Assembly (NCBI GenBank): GCA_007695125.1
Contig: REEJ01000307.1
Location: 1 to 62,426, forward strand
DNA: 62,426 bases
Reading direction: 5' to 3'
Origin: Trueperaceae bacterium
GTDB lineage: Bacteria; Deinococcota; Deinococci; Deinococcales; Trueperaceae
Below, in pieces: positions 56,634-62,426 of this stretch. The notes beneath the pieces are model-generated. The model was not told the origin of the DNA. It did not search any database and saw only the letters and a program-made list of their open reading frames with translations. The translations under genes were made by a program, and so were the position numbers. Every line of letters begins with the position of its first letter. Position 1 is the first letter of the stretch.

Positions 56634-57445
56634 CCACCCCCACCCCCACCGTCCGCCACGTCGACGTCGACGATCGCGCGCTCGCCTACGTCGAAGCCGG
56701 CGACGGCTACCCCGTGCTGCTGGTCCACGGCAACTTCGCCAGCAAGCGCTGGTTCCGAGCGCTCCTCGAGGCCCCACCGGCCGGCACGCACCTCGTGGCG
56801 ATCGACCTTCCCAACTTCGGCGACAGCGACCCGCTGGGCGAGCGCATCACGATGGCCGCGTACGCCGACGCGGTGCGACGGGCCGCCCGGGCGCTCGAGT
56901 TGCACGCGCCCGTTTTGGTCGGACACTCGCTGGGCGGCAACGTCGTGATGCGAGCCGTCGGCGACGATCCGCGCGCGTTCGCGGGCCTGCTCCTGGTCGA
57001 CAGCGGCGCGCCCGATGGGCTCGTCACGCCCGAGGCGCACTACCCGCTGCTCGAGGCGTTCCGCGGCAACGCCGCGCTGCTCGCCCAGGCGCTCGCGCCG
57101 ATGATGCCGACGCGCACCCCGAGCGACATGGACGACCTCGTCGCCGACGCGCTGCGCATGCACCCCGACGCCTTCACGGGCAACGCCCGGGCCCTCGAGG
57201 GCCTCGACCTCGCCCCCGCCCTGGCGGCCTTCACGGGCCCGGTGCGCGTGCTGCGCGGCGGCCAGGACGTGCTGATCGACGCCGACATGGCCGCGCGCAC
57301 GATCGAAGCGTTCAGCGGTTCGCGCGACGCCGAGCTGCTCACCTGGGACGACGTCGGCCACAGCCCGATCGTCGAGGCGCCCGAGCGCTTCGGCGCGCTC
57401 CTCGCCGACCTGGTCGAGCGCGTTCGGGAGGCGCCCAGGGCATGA
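56630..57445 (+). CDS. Alpha/beta-fold hydrolase 2
   Basis: ATG at 56630 (ATGA overlap). Motifs HGNFAS, GHSLGG and VGHSPIVE. Confidence 0.8.
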   Translation: MTTPTPTVRHVDVDDRALAYVEAGDGYPVLLVHGNFASKRWFRALLEAPPAGTHLVAIDLPNFGDSDPLGERITMAAYADAVRRAARALELHAPVLVGHSLGGNVVMRAVGDDPRAFAGLLLVDSGAPDGLVTPEAHYPLLEAFRGNAALLAQALAPMMPTRTPSDMDDLVADALRMHPDAFTGNARALEGLDLAPALAAFTGPVRVLRGGQDVLIDADMAARTIEAFSGSRDAELLTWDDVGHSPIVEAPERFGALLADLVERVREAPRA

Positions 57446-57524
57446 GCTGAGCAACGACACTCCCGGCGTCCGCGCCACCGTCCCGCCCCGCAACCACGGC
57501 CCTACCCCCTCGGAGGAGGAACCC

Positions 57525-58727
57525 ATGCTTCACATCGCTCGTAGGCTCATCGTCCTGGTCGCCGCGCTCGCGCTCGGCGTCACCACCGCGCAAGGCGTCA
57601 CCATCGGCGTCTTGTCGCCGCTCACCGGCGGCAGCGCCGGCACCGGCCTGGCGCAACGCGCCGGCTTCGAACTCGCCCTGCAGGAGATCAACGCCGCCGG
57701 CGGCGTGCTTGGCGAGCCGCTGCGCATCATCGTCGAGGACACCCAGGCCAACCCTGCCGTGGGCCTCGCCGCGTTCGAGAAGCTCATGACCGAGGACGAC
57801 GTCGAGTTCATCGCCGGCGGCTTCAGCTCCGGCGTCACGCTGGCGCTCATCGAGAGCTTCCGCACCTTCCAACCCATCGTCATGTGGATCGGCGGCGCGG
57901 TGTCGGGCATCGGCATCGACGGCTTCGACGGCATCGAGGAGCTGATCGGCGAGGAGGAGTGGTTCTTCCACGTCCACCCCTGGGACTACCACAACGTCGA
58001 GGCGGCCACCGCCTTCGTCGCCGACACCGGCGTCCAGACCGTGACGCTGCTGCACGAGGACTCCGCCTTCGGCGGCCCCGGCTCCGCGGGCGCCCAGGCG
58101 CTGCTCGAGGACGCCGGCCTCACCGTCCCGCTGCGCGAGGCGTTCACCTCGACCCTGCTCGGCGGCACCGGCGACTTCCGCGCCGCGATCGCCAAGGCCG
58201 CGGCCACCAACGCCGACATGCTGTACTGGATCGGCTACGACTCCGACGTGGTGCCGCTCACCAGCCAGATCCGCGAACTCAACTACCGCCCGCAGCACAT
58301 CTTCGGCGCCCCTCCCGGCTGGCCCAGCGAGTTCGCCGCCGCCCCCGAGGCGCAGTGCGTCACCGGCCTGATCGGCTTCATGCCCAACCTTCCCACCCCC
58401 GAGGCGCAGGCCTTCACCCGCGCGTACGTCGACCTGCACGGCGCCGAGCCCGACAACTACATGGCCGCGCTGGCCTACGCCAACCTGTGGGCCTATGCCG
58501 ACGCCATCAACGCCGCCGGCACGACCGACCAAGCCGCCGTCATCGCCGAGTTGCAGACCGGCACCTTCCGCTCGCCGATCGGCGACTGGTCGTTCCAGCC
58601 CTCCATCATCGCCAAGCACCAGGGCTTCACGACCGATCTGTGGCTGGTCTTCCAGTACCAGAACGGCGTGCGCGAGATCGTCTGGCCGCTGGAGAAGGCC
58701 ACCGCCCCACTCGTCTCCTGCCGCTGA
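57525..58727 (+). CDS. Liv-type (branched-chain amino acid/aromatic acid family) ABC substrate-binding protein
   Basis: GGAGGAGGA ribosome-binding site. Signal peptide. Peripla_BP_6-like pattern (IGVLSPLTGGSAG). Confidence 0.85.
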   Translation: MLHIARRLIVLVAALALGVTTAQGVTIGVLSPLTGGSAGTGLAQRAGFELALQEINAAGGVLGEPLRIIVEDTQANPAVGLAAFEKLMTEDDVEFIAGGFSSGVTLALIESFRTFQPIVMWIGGAVSGIGIDGFDGIEELIGEEEWFFHVHPWDYHNVEAATAFVADTGVQTVTLLHEDSAFGGPGSAGAQALLEDAGLTVPLREAFTSTLLGGTGDFRAAIAKAAATNADMLYWIGYDSDVVPLTSQIRELNYRPQHIFGAPPGWPSEFAAAPEAQCVTGLIGFMPNLPTPEAQAFTRAYVDLHGAEPDNYMAALAYANLWAYADAINAAGTTDQAAVIAELQTGTFRSPIGDWSFQPSIIAKHQGFTTDLWLVFQYQNGVREIVWPLEKATAPLVSCR

Positions 58728-58747
58728 GCGCCTGACGCTCCTCCGCC

Positions 58748-58779
58748 GCGCGGCTGGCGTGCGAACGCGCCAGCCGCGC
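58748..58779 (+). terminator. Strong intra-operon stem-loop after the binding-protein gene
   Basis: Perfect 12-bp stem: GCGCGGCTGGCG (58748-58759) pairs with CGCCAGCCGCGC (58768-58779). Confidence 0.5.
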
Positions 58780-58879
58780 CCCGGAGGGGGCGCCCGCCCC
58801 GGCCTGACCGCGCACATCTCCCCCGACGCCGAGCGCGGGTCGCGCACACCCCACGGAGCACCCCGATGGACCCCACCCC

Positions 58880-59742
<863 letters not shown>

Positions 59743-59746
<4 letters not shown>

Positions 59747-60789
59747 GCGCGCCCGCCGCCGCCAGCCGCGCCGAGGCCCGCCGCGGCCCCTTCCCGTGGG
59801 ACCTGCTCGGCGTGGTGGTGCTCGCGATCATCGCGGCGTTCACGCCCGACCTGCTGCGGTTCGTCTTCGACCGCGCCTCGGTCAGCTACCTCTCGATCGC
59901 GTCGAACGCCCTGTCGCTCGCCATCCTGGCGCTGTCGTGGGACATGCTGGCGCGCACCGGCAACCTCTCGCTCGCGCACGCCGCCTTCTACGGCGCCGGC
60001 GCCTACACCACGGCGTTGCTCGTCAAGCACGCCGACGTGCCCCTGTGGCTCGGCATCCCCCTGGGCGGGGTGGTGGCGGTGGCGTTCGCGCTGCTGCTCG
60101 GCTCGTTCACCCTGCGCTTGCGCGGCATCTACTTCGCGATCGCGACGCTGGCGTTCGCCGAAGTGCTGAAGTCGGTGGTGCACCACGCGCCGACCGACTT
60201 CGCCGGCGGCAACGCCGGGATGAACGTGCCGGCCCTGTTCCGCCCCGTCTTCATCGCCGGCGAGATGGAGCGCTGGGAGGTCGCCTACATGCGCAACGAG
60301 GCGTACTTCTACGTCTACGCCGGCCTGCTCGTCGCCACGGTGCTCGCGTCGATCCTGCTGCAGCGCTCCAGGTTGCGCCACGCCATGACCGCCATGCGCA
60401 CCAACGAGGAGGTCGCGGGGGTGATGGGCGTGCGCGCCACGCGCGTGAAGCTGCTCGCCTTCACGCTCAGCTCCGCCTTCGTCGGCATGCTCGGCGCGGT
60501 CGAGGCGCATCGCGTCGGGTCGGTGCTGCCGGAGCAGAGCTTCAGCGTCGCCACCACGGTGCTGGCGCTGGTGACGCCGATCTTCGGCGGGCTCTACACC
60601 ACGCTCGGCCCCATCGTCGGCGCGTTCGGCCTGTCGTCGGTGCAGGAGCTCCTGCGCCGCACCTTCGCCGACGGCTACCTGATCGGCTACGGCGTGGTGC
60701 TGGTGCTCACCATCTTGTTCATGCCGCGCGGCGTGGTGGGGACCCTCGGGACGTTCTTCCGGCGACGCCGCAAGGGGGCGCAGCGATGA
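59743..60789 (+). CDS. livM: Liv-type ABC permease
   Basis: ATG at 59743 (ATGA overlap) inside track ORF 58495..60789. LivM-like (GNLSLAHAAFYGAGAYT). Confidence 0.88.
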
Positions 60790-61586
60790 GCGTCGTGCTG
60801 ACCGCGAAGGGCCTCTCGAAGCGCTTCGGCGGCCTGGCGGCGGTCGACGACGTCTCGTTCGAGGTCGAACAGGGCGAGATCTTCGCCATCATCGGCCCGA
60901 ACGGCGCCGGCAAGACCACCACCCTCAACCTCGTCTCGGGCCTGCTGGTCCCGACGGCCGGCAGCGTGACGCTCCACGGCCGCGACCTGACGACGCTCAC
61001 CGCCGCGGAGCGCTGCCACGCCGGGCTGGGCCGCGCCTTCCAGGTGGTGCAACCGTTCCCCGAGATGACGGTGCGCGAGAACGTGCTGGTGGGCGCCATG
61101 TTCGGTACCCCCGGCATCAGCCGGGCTGACGCCGAGCGCCGCGCCGACCACGCGCTCGAGGTCACGGGCACCACCAACCTGGCCGAACGCGACGCCGAGG
61201 AACTCACGCTCATGGAGGAGAAGCGGCTCGAGATCGCGCGCGCGCTGGCCACCGCGCCGACCGTCTTGCTGCTCGACGAGGTGATGGCCGGCCTGCGGCC
61301 GGCCGAGGCGCGTGACGCCGTCAGGCTGGTGCGCAGCGTGCGCGACGAAGGGGTGACCGTGGTGTTCATCGAACACGTGATGCCGGTGGTGCGCGACCTC
61401 GCCGACCGCGTGCTGGTGATGGACTACGGCAAGGTCCTCACCGAGGGCCGCTACGCCGACGTCACGAAGGACCAGCGCGTGATCGAGGCCTACCTCGGCC
61501 GCGACGACGACGCTCCGCCCACGGACGTGGCGGCGGCAGCGGCTCCGGCGGGCGCCAGCGGCGACGCCGCGGAGGACGAGGCGTGA
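60786..61586 (+). CDS. livG: Liv-type ABC ATPase
   Basis: Walker A GPNGAGKTT. LivG-type BCA_ABC_TP_C end, followed by an acidic Ala-rich tail. Confidence 0.9.
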   Translation: MSVVLTAKGLSKRFGGLAAVDDVSFEVEQGEIFAIIGPNGAGKTTTLNLVSGLLVPTAGSVTLHGRDLTTLTAAERCHAGLGRAFQVVQPFPEMTVRENVLVGAMFGTPGISRADAERRADHALEVTGTTNLAERDAEELTLMEEKRLEIARALATAPTVLLLDEVMAGLRPAEARDAVRLVRSVRDEGVTVVFIEHVMPVVRDLADRVLVMDYGKVLTEGRYADVTKDQRVIEAYLGRDDDAPPTDVAAAAAPAGASGDAAEDEA

Positions 61587-62311
61587 GGCCGCACGCGGGC
61601 GCCGCGCTCGAGGTCCGCGGCCTCGAGGCCGGCTACGGCAAGATCCAGGTGCTGTGGGGCATCGACCTCGACGTCGCGCCGGGCGAGTTCGTGACCGTGA
61701 TCGGCGCCAACGGGGCCGGCAAGACCACGCTGCTGCGAGCGCTCACGGGCCTGCTGCCGATCCGCAAGGGGACGGCCAGCGCGCTCGGCACGCCGCTGAA
61801 GGGGCGCAGCGCCGCTGCGATCGTGCGCGGCGGCGTCGGGCACGTGCCGGAGGGACGCCAGCTCTTCCCGCTCATGACCGTGCGCGAGAACCTCGACGCC
61901 GGTGCGGACTACCTGCCGCACGCCAAGGCGCGCGCGCCGCGCAACCGGGCGTTCGTGTACGAGCTCTTCCCGCGGCTGCGCGAGCGCGAGTTCCAGATCG
62001 CCGGGACGCTGTCGGGCGGCGAGCGCCAGATGGTGGCGATCGGCCGCGCGCTGATGTCCGACCCGCAGCTGCTGTTCGTCGACGAGCCCTCGCTCGGCCT
62101 CTCGCCGGCGCTCTCGCAGGCGGTGTTCACGGCGCTGGCGCACGTCAACGCCGAGGGGACGACGATGGTGCTCGTGGAGCAGAACGTGCAGCGCTCGCTG
62201 CAGCTCGCCGACCACGCGGTCGTGCTCGAGACCGGCGAGGTGCGCCTGCGCGGTACCGGCGCGGAGCTGCTCGCGCACCCGCAGGTCAAGGAGGCGTACC
62301 TGTCGCTGTGA
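61583..62311 (+). CDS. livF: Liv-type ABC ATPase
   Basis: Motifs GANGAGKTT, LSGGERQM and LLFVDEPS. Confidence 0.9.
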   Translation: MRPHAGAALEVRGLEAGYGKIQVLWGIDLDVAPGEFVTVIGANGAGKTTLLRALTGLLPIRKGTASALGTPLKGRSAAAIVRGGVGHVPEGRQLFPLMTVRENLDAGADYLPHAKARAPRNRAFVYELFPRLREREFQIAGTLSGGERQMVAIGRALMSDPQLLFVDEPSLGLSPALSQAVFTALAHVNAEGTTMVLVEQNVQRSLQLADHAVVLETGEVRLRGTGAELLAHPQVKEAYLSL

Positions 62312-62327
62312 GGTGGGCGTCCCCACC
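62312..62327 (+). terminator. Short stem-loop immediately after livF
   Basis: GGTGGG-cgtc-CCCACC followed by TT. Confidence 0.35.
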
Positions 62328-62411
62328 TTCGCCCGCCACGATGATGGCACTGCCCTAGGATCAGGCCGACGCTGTCGACGACGCATGGGCAGCGACGCGA
62401 TACGATGGCGC

Positions 62412-62426
62412 ATGAAACGTCTCAGC
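62412..62426 (+). CDS. 5' end of an unidentified gene (truncated by the window edge)
   Basis: ATG AAA CGT CTC AGC lies 5 nt after a TACGAT -10-like hexamer. Only 5 codons are visible. Confidence 0.25.

Overview
Very GC-rich (about 70% by eye), gene-dense bacterial chromosomal window. I call about 56 CDS. I found no rRNA, tRNA, CRISPR array, transposase, integrase or recognisable defence genes. True frames were separated from the many long Arg/Ala/Gly/Pro-rich shadow ORFs using recognisable protein motifs, GGAGG-type ribosome-binding sites and start/stop coupling. Several track ORFs were shortened at the 5' end for the same reasons.

Content, left to right:
- 44-5811: an AfsR/SARP-like STAND regulator, followed on the same strand by a small ORF and a triple-repeat beta-helix lipoprotein.
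- 5927-9874: metallophosphoesterase, MFS transporter, methyltransferase and a MarR regulator.
- 9813-18766: three M24 peptidase paralogs, interleaved with two tandem beta-propeller lipoprotein paralogs, a flavin reductase and two peptide-ABC permeases that have no ATPase or binding protein.
- 18921-19250: a DarA-type c-di-AMP receptor.
- 19275-26925: one minus-strand run of USP, Cys-rich cytoplasmic HisKA_3 kinase, NarL regulator, and four pseudopilins whose last member is a 711-aa ComZ/PilX-like protein. A divergent tandem USP follows.
- 26999-36516: pgm, then a MarR-headed RND efflux operon with two outer-membrane factor genes.
- 36536-40777: two tandem K+-dependent-type membrane pyrophosphatases.
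- 40778-41293: a 516-nt non-coding region containing a 12-bp inverted-repeat-bounded structured element.
- 41294-48639: a sugar nucleotidyltransferase/GHMP kinase pair and a complete hoxEFUYHW bidirectional NiFe hydrogenase operon.
- 48845-52447: yceH and a four-subunit oorDABC-order 2-oxoacid:ferredoxin oxidoreductase.
- 52644-62311: a TetR-headed operon (atypical KAS-III-like enzyme, acyl-CoA ligase, two alpha/beta hydrolases), followed after a 79-nt gap by a Liv-type ABC transporter.

The diderm features and the pilA1-A3/comZ-like gene order suggest a Deinococcota-like organism. This is inference only.

Best candidates for undescribed biology:
- The SARP-STAND, SARP-box promoter, small ORF and repeat lipoprotein module.
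- The Cys-cluster kinase/NarL pair sitting directly upstream of the ComZ-like minor-pilin operon.
- The inverted-repeat-bounded element at 41105-41281.
- The TetR/KAS-III-like/ligase/hydrolase/transporter cluster.
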